Part shown: positions 40,110 to 50,442 of the stretch, in pieces
Layout: the number at the start of each line of letters is the position of its first letter
Position numbering within the stretch: the stretch's first letter is position 1
Source of the DNA: an uncultured Porphyromonadaceae bacterium
GTDB taxonomy: Bacteria; Bacteroidota; Bacteroidia; Bacteroidales; Muribaculaceae
Assembly (NCBI GenBank): GCA_900548705.1
Contig: URLF01000001.1
Location: 5,550-69,549 of the forward strand
Length of the DNA stretch: 64,000 nucleotides
Direction of reading: 5' to 3'
Translations under genes and position numbers: made by a program
Notes under the pieces: model-generated
The model's database searches: none
What the model saw: the letters and a program-made list of their open reading frames with translations, nothing else
What the model was told of the DNA's origin: nothing

Positions 40110-40910
40110 ATGAGACAGATAACAGATGTAGCCGAACTCAGAGAACTGCAGATGCAAGTACTTGATGCTATCGATGCATATTGCCATGACAACAATCTGA
40201 CTTATTTCATATCAAGCGGCACATTACTCGGAGCCGTCCGTCATGGCGGATATATTCCGTGGGATGACGATATTGATATTTATATGCCACGAGAAAGTTA
40301 TGAGCGCATACGCCGTGGCTTCAATGATGCAAACGGCCGATATAAGCTTATTGACGGATATAATACTCCCGGCTATCACTATACATTTACAAAAATCGTG
40401 GACACCGAGACCATTCTCATCGAAGGAGAACATCCCGACCGGCAAATAGGAATATATGTAGACATCTTTCCGATAGACTACGTGCCTGAGGATTATGCTC
40501 AGCTGGAAGCTATTTTCAAGAAAAAACAGAGGCTTGATCACCTGCTCATAGCACGCCAATGTCCCATATTATGCACCAAGAGTATCGGAGGGATACTATA
40601 TCGGCTCTATTCTCGTCTAACCACCACTCGTCTCGGGCTACTGCGCAAATATGACTCATTAATCAAAAATGACAGACAGTCATCCCTGGTGTGCAATATG
40701 ACCGATGCCGGGCCAAAATCGCCCAAATCGGCATTCCGGGCCGAAGCCATCGCATCGGATGTGGATATAAAATTCGAGAACAGAACTTACAAAACCATGG
40801 TAGGTTATATGGAATATCTCGAGCACACTTACGGCGACTATATGACGCTTCCTCCCGTTGACAAACGCGTACATCACTCATTTACCGCATACATCAAAAA
40901 TGAACGATAA
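40110..40910 (+). CDS. licD: LicD-family phosphotransferase (canonical)
   Basis: LTYFISSGTLLGAVRHGGYIPWDDDIDIYMPRESYERI and downstream DIFPIDYVP motifs. 266 aa. Confidence 0.7.
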   Translation: MRQITDVAELRELQMQVLDAIDAYCHDNNLTYFISSGTLLGAVRHGGYIPWDDDIDIYMPRESYERIRRGFNDANGRYKLIDGYNTPGYHYTFTKIVDTETILIEGEHPDRQIGIYVDIFPIDYVPEDYAQLEAIFKKKQRLDHLLIARQCPILCTKSIGGILYRLYSRLTTTRLGLLRKYDSLIKNDRQSSLVCNMTDAGPKSPKSAFRAEAIASDVDIKFENRTYKTMVGYMEYLEHTYGDYMTLPPVDKRVHHSFTAYIKNER

Positions 40911-41922
40911 TCCCCTCATATCCATAGTCATCCCAGTCTATAAGGTCGAAAAATATGTAGGCAAATGCATCGAAAGCGTCATTGCCCAGACCTTTGATGA
41001 CTGGGAATTACTTCTCATTGATGACGGCTCTCCGGATTCAAGCGGAGATATATGTGACCACTATGCGGAAACAGACCATCGCATACGTGTGTTCCATATA
41101 CCCAACGGAGGCGTAAGCGCCGCCCGCAATCTCGGAATTGACAACGCTCGCGGCCGCTGGATAACATTCATCGACAGTGACGATTGGGTGGAACCGGAGT
41201 ATCTCGCAGATTTTATGAAACGAAATCCCACACCAAAATCTATAGTGGTGAGTGGATTAAAAACACATACTCCTCAAAGAATCTATGAGTCGTTCAGATA
41301 CGAAGATCATAGTACCGTCAATGGTGTTAAAGCCTCTAATCTAATTGTTGTGTGTGACTTATTCCGAGATGGGGGGCCTGTAAATAAATTATTCGATTTG
41401 AATTTAATAAAACAAAACAATCTTAAATTTCGCAGAGACTTATCATTTCATGAAGACCACATTTTTGTGTACTCTTATTATTTGTTAATCGAAAATATAA
41501 TTACTTCAAGATACTGCGGATACCATTATATGTATTATGGAGAGCAGTCAAAAGATTCGTTGTCCAGATTAGGGAAGAAGAATATTAATGGTTTATTGAA
41601 GGCATCTGACATTTTTCTTGATCTTATGCCAAAATTATTTGGATACTTTAATATATCTGATAACGAGTACCAATCTAAGGCAATTACTCTGACCGGATAT
41701 TCACAACGTATTTTGGCCATATATAACGCCTGTTTTATTTCTGATGACCGGACGTATAAAATCGTACTAAAAAATGAAAGGTCTAACATTCGGATTATAC
41801 GGAAGAAATATTATAACCCGTCATTAAAGAGACGTGTGTTCATGTTTTTAGCTTCTCTTCCATTAGGATTGGGGAGATTTAGTATCGGCTCTATTAGATG
41901 TATTTTTAATTTATTAAAATAA
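40900..41922 (+). CDS. family 2 glycosyltransferase
   Basis: ISIVIPVYKVEKYVGKCIESVIAQTFDDWELLLIDDGSPD and the DxD context FIDSDDW. Its start ATGAACGATAA overlaps the licD stop. Confidence 0.8.
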   Translation: MNDNPLISIVIPVYKVEKYVGKCIESVIAQTFDDWELLLIDDGSPDSSGDICDHYAETDHRIRVFHIPNGGVSAARNLGIDNARGRWITFIDSDDWVEPEYLADFMKRNPTPKSIVVSGLKTHTPQRIYESFRYEDHSTVNGVKASNLIVVCDLFRDGGPVNKLFDLNLIKQNNLKFRRDLSFHEDHIFVYSYYLLIENIITSRYCGYHYMYYGEQSKDSLSRLGKKNINGLLKASDIFLDLMPKLFGYFNISDNEYQSKAITLTGYSQRILAIYNACFISDDRTYKIVLKNERSNIRIIRKKYYNPSLKRRVFMFLASLPLGLGRFSIGSIRCIFNLLK

Positions 41923-41925
41923 CTT

Positions 41926-42535
41926 ATGGATACGGAATACACAAGGCGAGTAACATCGAAATCGTTGATTCGTTTCTTAGTTGGAATATTAATACGCGTG
42001 CCGTCTTTTATAAAATACAGGTATTCGGCTTGGATTGGTAGACGACGCGGTGCCAAGATTGGGAACAATGTTACCTGTTTCAGTCGCTAAACAGATAGAT
42101 GGAATGACCACGATTGAGAGCTACGTGTCAATAAGTCATAGCGTGGAGTTTACGTCGATGAAATATCCTTTTGTAATCAAAAATAATTCTATAATTGGAG
42201 AAAATGTGATGTTTATATTAAGCACACATGACATAGACTCTTCTGAATGGACTCACATTCAATCGCCAAGCAAAGAGGGGAATGGTTTAGTAATAGAACC
42301 GTATGTCTGGATATGTCCACATTCAATTATATTACCCTCGGTTAAGAAAATTGGATATGGTGCGGTAATTGGAGCCGGGAGTGTGGTTACCAAAGATGTG
42401 CCGCCAATGGCTGTTGTCGGTGGTAATCCGGCAAAATTTATTCGCGAAAGAAAGACAGTGCATAAAGATTTGTGCGTTGAGAGCCTGCTTGGAGGCGACC
42501 TAATAACATATATAAGAACATACCTGGATAAATGA
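41926..42535 (+). pseudogene. WcaF-like hexapeptide O-acetyltransferase, apparently frameshifted near 42080-42090
   Basis: Frame A (41926-42090): [54 protein letters not shown]. This matches the WcaF-type N-terminus YRWRAFLLRLFGAKIGKNV and the paralog at 47204 (LRLFGAKIGRGV). Frame B (to 42535) carries the rest of the beta-helix (...STHDIDSS...[49 protein letters not shown]). Confidence 0.5.
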
Positions 42536-43671
42536 AAATTGCGGTAGTTACTCCTGGCCGTGCACATCTGCTCGATATGGCAATTCAACTACTTAATAAC
42601 GGGCATGATGTGAAATTGTATACAATGGTATCCAAAAAGCGTTGTGAATCTTTTGGATTTCCTGCTGAAAGGGTTATCTCTTTTTTTGCCTTATGTGCGC
42701 CATTGATGCTCATTTTCAGGAAAGTAAAATTACCGGGGGACTATAATCGTCATCTCTACTACTACATAGTCAGACTTGTTGACAAACTGTCAAGTATCTT
42801 TCTGGATAAATGTGACCTACTTATAGGTATCAGTGGATGTGCCATAATAAGCGCTAAGAAAGCCCAAGATAAATATGGTGCACAATTCTTTTGTGATAGA
42901 GGGTGCCGTCACATATTGTCACAGGATGAGATATTAAAGGCAATACCTACCGCAGAGCAGGTATATACCAAGGATATAAAAAACGAATTAGAACAATATA
43001 GAATCGCAGATAAGATAATTTTGCCATCACAACACACGCAAGAGAGTTTTGAAGAAAAAGGATTTGTATCTGACAAGTTGTTTGTAAATCCATATGGGGT
43101 AAATATCTCGATGTTCCGGCCGACAATATTGTCACAGGATTCTTTTGATATTATTTTCGTAGGCAATTGGTCATATCAAAAAGGTGTGGATATATTGGTT
43201 GAAGCGTGTCGCAAAGGCGGTTTTTCGTTATTACACGTTGGAGCAATTGCTGATTGCCCGTTTCCGGCAAATGAGAGTTCACAGTTTTGCCATGTGGAGC
43301 CTGTAAATCAGCCTGAGCTAACTAAATACTACTCCAAGGCCAAAGTATTATGTCTGCCATCCCGGCAGGACGGTTTTGGACTAGTTCTTTTCCAAGCAAT
43401 GGCCTGTGGTTTACCGCTGGTTTATTCGCACACGACAGGTGGACCTGATTTGAAAAAATTAGTCAATAACAGTGATTATCTGTTTGAGACGCCGTTAGAG
43501 ACTGCTGATTCTGTACGCGAAACTTTGCAAAAGGCTTTACAAAAAGCAAGACAGCAGACTGTAGGGAAGCCGCGCAAATATCTTCCAGATGAATCTCTTG
43601 CCAATATTTCATGGGAAGCATATGGCAAGCGATATAATGATTTCCTCCAACAACAAATGTCATACAAATGA
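42532..43671 (+). CDS. family 4 (GT-B) glycosyltransferase
   Basis: C-terminal GT4 sugar-donor domain with [23 protein letters not shown] (EX7E-type). 4-nt overlap with the upstream gene. Confidence 0.75.
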   Translation: MKIAVVTPGRAHLLDMAIQLLNNGHDVKLYTMVSKKRCESFGFPAERVISFFALCAPLMLIFRKVKLPGDYNRHLYYYIVRLVDKLSSIFLDKCDLLIGISGCAIISAKKAQDKYGAQFFCDRGCRHILSQDEILKAIPTAEQVYTKDIKNELEQYRIADKIILPSQHTQESFEEKGFVSDKLFVNPYGVNISMFRPTILSQDSFDIIFVGNWSYQKGVDILVEACRKGGFSLLHVGAIADCPFPANESSQFCHVEPVNQPELTKYYSKAKVLCLPSRQDGFGLVLFQAMACGLPLVYSHTTGGPDLKKLVNNSDYLFETPLETADSVRETLQKALQKARQQTVGKPRKYLPDESLANISWEAYGKRYNDFLQQQMSYK

Positions 43672-44939
43672 ATCAGTGCTTGACTTTGTTTTTCGTTTAT
43701 ATTTTCCTTGAAGGTGTTTTAAGGAAATGGATTTTACCCGGAGTACCGGGTTCATTGCTTTATGGCATAAAATACCTGTTACTTTTAGCTATCATAGGAA
43801 TCTATTTATCTAAGAACAAATCCGAATCACAACCGATTGTTACTCCTGCAAGCAGGGCTTACAAAATATATGCCTTCATTGTCATATTATCTGCACTTAC
43901 AATAACAGGGGCGACAAACGGCTTTGCAGCGGGTATAATAACAATTGTTCAGTATACATCGCCAATAATACTTATAAGTGTTATACCAATATGGCTTGAC
44001 TCTCCGAGGAAACTTAAGCAATTTTTGATATACGGGTGTTTCATATCATTTATAGCCCTTATTCTTGCAGTGGTTCAGTATTCGAGCTCTCCGACAGCAT
44101 TAATAAACAAGTATGCAACGGATATGGATACTGGCATTGCAACAGTAGGAGGTGCCGCTAGAGTGTGCAGTGTGTTTTCATATCTTACGCCATTTGGAGA
44201 TTTATGCCTTGTCATTTTGTCTTTTTCGGCCATGCTACTGTCATTAAGGTGGGAAAAAATGACGAGGTGGGTGTTGATAACATTGTTGTTGCTGTCGTTG
44301 CTCGGATGTCTGATGACCGGCTCGCGAAGCGTAGTGCTTTTAGGTTGCGTCTATCTTGTTTGTATCGCGTTGTATCAAGGTTTTTATAAACAGAGATGGC
44401 ATCTGATATATATCATAGCATTGGTTGCAGTAGGAGGATATTTTTATTATAATGCTTACGGTATTGAGGCAATTGATAATTTTATATCCCGGGTTAATCA
44501 TGCTTCACATGATGTTGATACGCGCATAACACGTCAATTCGACATAACTCGAATGTTCGATTATTCAGGGGCGTTTGGGAATGGTGCCGGCATTGCAAAC
44601 ATCTCGACACAGCCGTTCCTGGTTCATAAATCCGAGGTCGACTGGGAAGAGGAAATAGGTCGGGTGATGATTGAATTCGGATTTGTGGGATTTCTTATTG
44701 TTACCGGTATTAGGATATTCGTGTGGTGTTATATGGTTAGACTCAGCAGGTCTATTAAGGACAGCTATCTGTCTGTCATTTCATGGGCATCGATTCTTGT
44801 AATAACCCCAATGACATTCTATGCGCAGCTGTGTCTCTACAATTGGTTTGCATATATAGTATACTTCACTATGATAGGCCTGAATATAGCGGTAGCACAA
44901 ATGGATATGCGACGTAAATATTCAGCGAATCGTCCATAA
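43668..44939 (+). CDS. wzy: Wzy-type O-antigen/CPS polymerase (O-antigen ligase-like family)
   Basis: 423 aa, about 10-11 TM helices. MTGSRSVVLLG motif. Large periplasmic loop (NHASHDVDTRITRQFDITRMFDY...). 4-nt overlap with the upstream GT4. Confidence 0.65.
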   Translation: MNQCLTLFFVYIFLEGVLRKWILPGVPGSLLYGIKYLLLLAIIGIYLSKNKSESQPIVTPASRAYKIYAFIVILSALTITGATNGFAAGIITIVQYTSPIILISVIPIWLDSPRKLKQFLIYGCFISFIALILAVVQYSSSPTALINKYATDMDTGIATVGGAARVCSVFSYLTPFGDLCLVILSFSAMLLSLRWEKMTRWVLITLLLLSLLGCLMTGSRSVVLLGCVYLVCIALYQGFYKQRWHLIYIIALVAVGGYFYYNAYGIEAIDNFISRVNHASHDVDTRITRQFDITRMFDYSGAFGNGAGIANISTQPFLVHKSEVDWEEEIGRVMIEFGFVGFLIVTGIRIFVWCYMVRLSRSIKDSYLSVISWASILVITPMTFYAQLCLYNWFAYIVYFTMIGLNIAVAQMDMRRKYSANRP

Positions 44940-44961
44940 AATTAAAGAAGTATTAACGATT

Positions 44962-45948
44962 ATGAAGGTTGTTATATTTATTCGTAAAAAACGGGAGAAT
45001 GATAATAGCATTGAGGAGATATTTCATCTCCTTATGCAATATATGGGCACAGATGTTGAGCTTGTAGAATTGCCGTATGGGGATGCGAGTTTCAGCTCAA
45101 TTATAAAAAATATATTGTATGCACGCAGATTTCGCGGAGACGTGAATCATATATCGGGGGAAGTCCATTATATCGCGTTAGGAACCGGACGTAATACCGT
45201 GATAACAGTTCATGACGTATGGACAATTCTCAGAGGAGGCACATTGTCACGCTATTTGAAAAAATTGTTGTTCTTTACCCTGCCTATGAAAATTGCCAAC
45301 AGAATAACTGTGATAAGTAACTTCACAAAAAGAGAAGTGCTTGCAGTCTGTCCATGGGCCTCTGATAAGATTCGAGTTATAGGCAATCCAATAGCTTTAT
45401 CATTGACTACACAACCTTTTGCATCAAAACACAAGAATAAGACATCAATTGTCTTGCATGTAGGCACCCGGCCTCATAAGAATCTTGAAAGTGTGATGAA
45501 GGCCATACATAATTTAGATGTCAGGTTGGTAGTTATTGGACGAATGACACAAGAACAGATTGATATTGCAGAATCTTATGGGCTGAATCTGACGAATTAT
45601 TATAATCTGGAGTATCAGGAAGTGCTGAACTGGTATAGAAAAGCAGATATTGTGACATTTCCATCTTTCAAAGAGGGCTTTGGAATGCCTCTATTGGAAG
45701 CAAACCTGATGGGGACACCAATTATCGCAAGTGATATTGACGTTCTGCATGAGGTGGCTGGTGATGCGGCTTATTATATTGATCCTAACTCGGCAGAAGA
45801 CATAAGGGCAGGTATAATCAAGTTGCTCGGTGATAAAGAATTATACGTAAAACTGATAGGGAACGGATATAAAAACATTCGACGATTTGCTCCTGATTAT
45901 ATAGCAGGACAATACAAGACTGTATACAATGAGATTACTAACAGTTGA
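44962..45948 (+). CDS. family 4 glycosyltransferase
   Basis: FPSFKEGFGMPLLEANLMGTPIIASDIDVLHEV. Confidence 0.75.
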   Translation: MKVVIFIRKKRENDNSIEEIFHLLMQYMGTDVELVELPYGDASFSSIIKNILYARRFRGDVNHISGEVHYIALGTGRNTVITVHDVWTILRGGTLSRYLKKLLFFTLPMKIANRITVISNFTKREVLAVCPWASDKIRVIGNPIALSLTTQPFASKHKNKTSIVLHVGTRPHKNLESVMKAIHNLDVRLVVIGRMTQEQIDIAESYGLNLTNYYNLEYQEVLNWYRKADIVTFPSFKEGFGMPLLEANLMGTPIIASDIDVLHEVAGDAAYYIDPNSAEDIRAGIIKLLGDKELYVKLIGNGYKNIRRFAPDYIAGQYKTVYNEITNS

Positions 45949-45962
45949 TTTTTATTGATAAT

Positions 45963-47135
45963 ATGAAAGTCATCCAGACAATATCAGATTTTGGAAAACA
46001 TAGCGGGGGCACCACCACAGCGACATATGATCTGCTATCGGCATTATCAAATCTTGAATCGGCCATAGATGTTGAGCTTATGTCTCCGGATGTCAGGGAT
46101 AAGAGAGACACCGTAATAGGTAATGGTGAGAACTGGATTAATATTTCGTCTAATGACAGATTTTCGCCTCTTGAGTATACCATGGCATTCAAAACAGCCT
46201 TGAATGAATCTGATGCTGATATATACCATACTAATGGAGTATGGTTGTATGTCAATCATGTCACATGTTCTATTGCACGTGCCAAAAATAAACCATATGT
46301 GATAACCCCGCACGGAATGCTTTACCCTGAGACCATACACAGAAGCTATTGGAAAAAATGGCCTATGTGGAAACTATGGTTCAAAAAAGATATTATGGAG
46401 GCGTCATGTATACACGTCAATTGTCTGAAAGAAATGAACCACATCAGAGACCTCGGCTATAGTGGCCCAGTAGCTGTGATTGCCAATCCAGTACCTGTGT
46501 CAGATGATATAACTCGAATATATGAGAACCGAAGCCTAATTATACGTGATGATATAACCAAAGAACATTCAATAGGCTACCTCGGGCGACTCCATCCGCG
46601 TAAGCATGTTGAGCGAATAATTCAGGCATTGGCTATATCAAGCCACAAGGATGTGGTTCTAAAAATAATGGGCATCGGCTCAACTGACTATGAGGAGTTT
46701 CTGAATAAAGAGACTGAGAGGCTTAGCATTAGTGACCGGGTACACTTTCTCGGCTTTGTTTCCGGCAGGGATAAATATGAGAATCTTGCTAAATTATCAG
46801 CTCTATTTGTTGTTAGTGACATGGAAAATTTCGGGATGATTGTTCCGGAGGCGTTGTTAGTGGGTACTCCGGTGATGGCAAGCTTAGGAACTCCTTGGAA
46901 AGATCTTGAGGATTATAACTGCGGCTGGTGGAGGGATAATTCTCCCGAATCAATCGCTAAGGTTATTGATGAGGTTGTGGAAACACCGCCGACAGAACTG
47001 TTGCGGATGGGAATGCGGGGACGCGACCTTGTGCTTGACAAATATGAATCCTCCAAAGTCGCTGCCAAAATGCTTCAACTTTATTCCTGGTTGCTCGGTC
47101 AAGGGCCGAAACCGGAATTTGTTTATTTGTCCTGA
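45963..47135 (+). CDS. family 4 glycosyltransferase
   Basis: GYLGRLHPRKHVERII...FVVSDMENFGMIVPEALLVGTPVMAS. Likely start MKVIQTISDFGKHSGG at 45963. Confidence 0.7.
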   Translation: MKVIQTISDFGKHSGGTTTATYDLLSALSNLESAIDVELMSPDVRDKRDTVIGNGENWINISSNDRFSPLEYTMAFKTALNESDADIYHTNGVWLYVNHVTCSIARAKNKPYVITPHGMLYPETIHRSYWKKWPMWKLWFKKDIMEASCIHVNCLKEMNHIRDLGYSGPVAVIANPVPVSDDITRIYENRSLIIRDDITKEHSIGYLGRLHPRKHVERIIQALAISSHKDVVLKIMGIGSTDYEEFLNKETERLSISDRVHFLGFVSGRDKYENLAKLSALFVVSDMENFGMIVPEALLVGTPVMASLGTPWKDLEDYNCGWWRDNSPESIAKVIDEVVETPPTELLRMGMRGRDLVLDKYESSKVAAKMLQLYSWLLGQGPKPEFVYLS

Positions 47136-47203
47136 AAAAGACATCAATTGAAAAGCCTCCAACCAATCCAATCGCGTATTTCTGTCACCCCTGACACCTT
47201 CCT

Positions 47204-47740
47204 ATGACTGACTTAAGCAAATATGACAATTCTTGGTATAATCCCGGGGGGAATGCGTTGAAACGATTTCTGTGGTATTTCGTCAACGCGTTGGTCATCA
47301 AGAACCACCTTAACCCCATATCGGGTATAAGGGTCAAGGCTCTTCGGCTGTTCGGAGCGAAGATAGGCAGGGGAGTGGTAATCAAGCCGGGGGTCAATGT
47401 CAAATATCCCTGGTTGCTGACGGTGGGCGACTATTCCTGGATCGGGGAAGATGTATGGATTGACAATCTCGCCGAAGTCTCGATAGGTTCCAATTGCTGC
47501 CTGAGCCAGGGGGCAATGCTGCTTTGCGGCAATCATAACTATCGTCTCCCGACATTTGACCTAATGGTCAAACCCATAATTGTCGAGGATGGAGCCTGGG
47601 TAGGAGCGAAAAGCGTGGTATGTCCGGGCGTGACCGTGGGCCGCGATTCAATTCTGACCGTAGGCTCGATGGCAACCTCCAATCTTGAAACGGGGAAAAT
47701 CTATCAAGGTATTCCTGCCGTGGTAAAATCTGTCAGATAA
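47204..47740 (+). CDS. WcaF-like (colanic-acid-type) polysaccharide O-acetyltransferase
   Basis: Colinear with WcaF: ...ALRLFGAKIGRGVVIKPGVNVKYPWLLTVGDYSWIGEDVWI...CGNHNY...PIIVEDGAWVGAKSVVCPGVTVG. Confidence 0.8.
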   Translation: MTDLSKYDNSWYNPGGNALKRFLWYFVNALVIKNHLNPISGIRVKALRLFGAKIGRGVVIKPGVNVKYPWLLTVGDYSWIGEDVWIDNLAEVSIGSNCCLSQGAMLLCGNHNYRLPTFDLMVKPIIVEDGAWVGAKSVVCPGVTVGRDSILTVGSMATSNLETGKIYQGIPAVVKSVR

Positions 47741-47758
47741 GCCCCCGAATATTACACG

Positions 47759-49201
47759 ATGCAAGACCATCTAATTCCCGGCAAAGGAATCATCAGCGGA
47801 ATCTCCTGGAGCGCGTTCGAACGGCTTTCGGTTCAGGGGATTCAGTTTGTGGTCTTCGTGCTGATGGCAAGAATACTGGTGCCGACCGATTACGGTCTGG
47901 TCAGCATGCTCGCCTTCTTCATTGTCATCGCCCAGCTCATAGCGGAGGGAGGCCTTTCCCAAGCCATCATCCGCAAACTTGACCGCACCGACGAGGATTG
48001 CTCGACTGCTTTTTGGGTCAATCTTGCCATCGGTATCGGCCTATATCTGATTTTATTCGTCGCCGCACCATTGGTCTCATGGTTCTATGAGGAGGCCGCG
48101 CTCACCAACCTGTTACGGGTTCTCGCGCTTTGCATTGTGATACAGTCCACATTGGTTGTCCACCGAGCGATACTGACTTCTCGTCTCGATTTCAAAACAC
48201 AGGCGAAATCGACTCTTGTCGGCGCATTGATGTCGGGACTTGTCGGGCTCATCATGGCTTACAATGGTTTCGGTGCATGGGCACTTGTCGGGTTGCAGCT
48301 CACCAATCAGGTAGCCACAGCTGCCACACTATGGATTGTCACCGACTGGCGTCCTAAATGGCAATTCTCCAGCTGCGCATTCCGCGATTTGTTCGGGCTC
48401 GGTTCAAAACTGCTTGCCTGCAACGTTCTCGACAGTCTGTTTCAGAGCCTCTACACACTCACTATCGGAAAAGTATTTTCCGCTTATGCTCTCGGATGTT
48501 ACAGTAACGCGAGACAATTGGGAAGCATTACTTCGGAAAATCTCTCCCGCGTCGTTCAACGCGCCACATATCCGATGTTCTGCAATTTCCAGAACGACAT
48601 AGAACGTCTGCGCAACGGTGTCAGGGCATATCTGCGTCTCGCTACATTCTTCATCGCTCCCCTGATGTTAGGGCTGGCGGCGATTGCCGAGCCTCTGACC
48701 TTGGCCTTGATTGGCCCACAATGGCTATATACCGCACGGCTGTTAAGGATTCTTTGTTTTTCTTTCCTGTTTTTCCCTTTGAATTCCATCAACTATATGA
48801 TACTGGAAATAAAAGGGGAGGGAGGCACATATCTGAAGTTGCAGACCTTCAGTGTGGTCTCCGGACTCGTGATTCTGTTCGTGATGTTGCCTTTCGGACT
48901 GTCAGCGGTCTGCTGTGGCCTGTTCGCAAATTCAGCTATCGGATATATGGTCAACTCCCGGGTCGCAGGTGCAAAAATAAATCTCGGATTCATAAGACAA
49001 GTCAAAAGCATATTGCCAATATTAATCAACGCCACTATCATGGGAATAGTGGTGTATGGCGTGCAGACCATTCTTTTCGGAGAATGGCTCAGAGTGGGGG
49101 TGGGCATACTTGTAGGCCTCCTCTCATACATTGGTCTGTCTGTGGTTTTCCAGACCTCCACTTGTGAACTTGTCGTCGAGCTGTTGCGCAAGAAGAAATG
49201 A
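47759..49201 (+). CDS. wzx: second Wzx-type flippase (WzxC-like, MOP/PST superfamily)
   Basis: 480 aa, about 12 TM helices. N-terminus WSAFERLSVQGIQFVVFVLMARILVPTDYGLVSM is typical of PST flippases. Confidence 0.75.
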   Translation: MQDHLIPGKGIISGISWSAFERLSVQGIQFVVFVLMARILVPTDYGLVSMLAFFIVIAQLIAEGGLSQAIIRKLDRTDEDCSTAFWVNLAIGIGLYLILFVAAPLVSWFYEEAALTNLLRVLALCIVIQSTLVVHRAILTSRLDFKTQAKSTLVGALMSGLVGLIMAYNGFGAWALVGLQLTNQVATAATLWIVTDWRPKWQFSSCAFRDLFGLGSKLLACNVLDSLFQSLYTLTIGKVFSAYALGCYSNARQLGSITSENLSRVVQRATYPMFCNFQNDIERLRNGVRAYLRLATFFIAPLMLGLAAIAEPLTLALIGPQWLYTARLLRILCFSFLFFPLNSINYMILEIKGEGGTYLKLQTFSVVSGLVILFVMLPFGLSAVCCGLFANSAIGYMVNSRVAGAKINLGFIRQVKSILPILINATIMGIVVYGVQTILFGEWLRVGVGILVGLLSYIGLSVVFQTSTCELVVELLRKKK

Positions 49202-50442
49202 TACAGCATAAGGTAAAAGCCGCATCTTTACCCAGCAAATTCAATTTTGCCCTGTGTGTCATGCTTTCTGCAGTGGTATGTCTCAGGCATGCTTTAGGCA
49301 TCTCAATACCATTACCGGTCGTATCATTGCTCTCCATTATAGTCGTGGCGACATCACTTACGGCAAAAATATCCGTATGTATGCCGGTCATATGTTTCAT
49401 CCTGATTTATGCACTAACCCTCATATTACATCCATCCCCGGAAACATGGCTGAGGACACAGCGATTCATAGCATTCGTCATCGGGATGACATGCTTTTCT
49501 CCGCTGATTATATCTGACACCCTAAAAAAATCACGGGAATGGATTGCGGCAAGCATGTATGTCATCCTCTCGCTGATGGTCATCCTGTCATTTGCGATAT
49601 GGGGGATATGTCTCATAATTTCCGGGCATGAAGGCATCTGGACACCCATATTCCATAATTATGGATTTTGTGGGGTATTCGAAATGGGTATGGTTTTGTC
49701 ACCAGTTGCAGCCATAACCGCCATCGTCACCGCATGGCTGCTTATTGACAAAACTCGGCGAATCAGTCCATTTTTGGGAAGCATACTTCTCGGAATCAGC
49801 ATAGTAATGTGTGCCGTCGGCGGTTCAAGGGCAGCATTAGGGGGAATGGCTCTTTCACTTCTTGCTCTCCTGTATCTGAACCGCAAGGCAATAATGTCTC
49901 GCTTGACAAAAAAAACAGCTATTCTGACTGCAATAGCAGGAATCCTGGTTCTGATTGCCGTCGTGCCGCCCGCCATGGCAATCATAAAACATAAGACTGC
50001 CATCAGTGAAAGTCACGGTTCATTGTTCTACTCCCGCAAAGAGTTATGGGACAACCGCATAAGAGAGTTCAAGTCATCTCCGCTGCTCGGCATTGGTTAT
50101 GCCAACGAATTGCCGTCCTCAAAAGATGCCCCGATAGACCTTACTGAAATAGAACCAGGATCGTCATGGCTGTCACTTCTCAGTTACGGCGGAGTAATAG
50201 GAACAGCCAGTTTCCTTGTGTTTGCAGCTGTTTTAATCAAACGTCTCGTAAATATCCGTCATAACCGCGACTTCCCCTTCTATCTCTCCCTCTTGCTTTT
50301 TATGACAGTCAATGCCTCGACCGAAGGCTGGCTGATGTTTGCCGGTTCGTTGATGTTCCCGATATTCTGGCTGACAGCCACTGCGATATGGACGACAGGA
50401 ACACCTGTAGCTCCCAACCAATTCCACACAAAAAATGAATGA
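49198..50442 (+). CDS. second O-antigen-ligase-family (Wzy_C) membrane protein: polymerase or ligase
   Basis: 414 aa multi-TM. AVGGSRAALGG motif. Periplasmic loop GIGYANELPSSKDAPIDLTEIEPGSSWLSLLSYGGVIG. 4-nt overlap with wzx2. Confidence 0.65.
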   Translation: MIQHKVKAASLPSKFNFALCVMLSAVVCLRHALGISIPLPVVSLLSIIVVATSLTAKISVCMPVICFILIYALTLILHPSPETWLRTQRFIAFVIGMTCFSPLIISDTLKKSREWIAASMYVILSLMVILSFAIWGICLIISGHEGIWTPIFHNYGFCGVFEMGMVLSPVAAITAIVTAWLLIDKTRRISPFLGSILLGISIVMCAVGGSRAALGGMALSLLALLYLNRKAIMSRLTKKTAILTAIAGILVLIAVVPPAMAIIKHKTAISESHGSLFYSRKELWDNRIREFKSSPLLGIGYANELPSSKDAPIDLTEIEPGSSWLSLLSYGGVIGTASFLVFAAVLIKRLVNIRHNRDFPFYLSLLLFMTVNASTEGWLMFAGSLMFPIFWLTATAIWTTGTPVAPNQFHTKNE

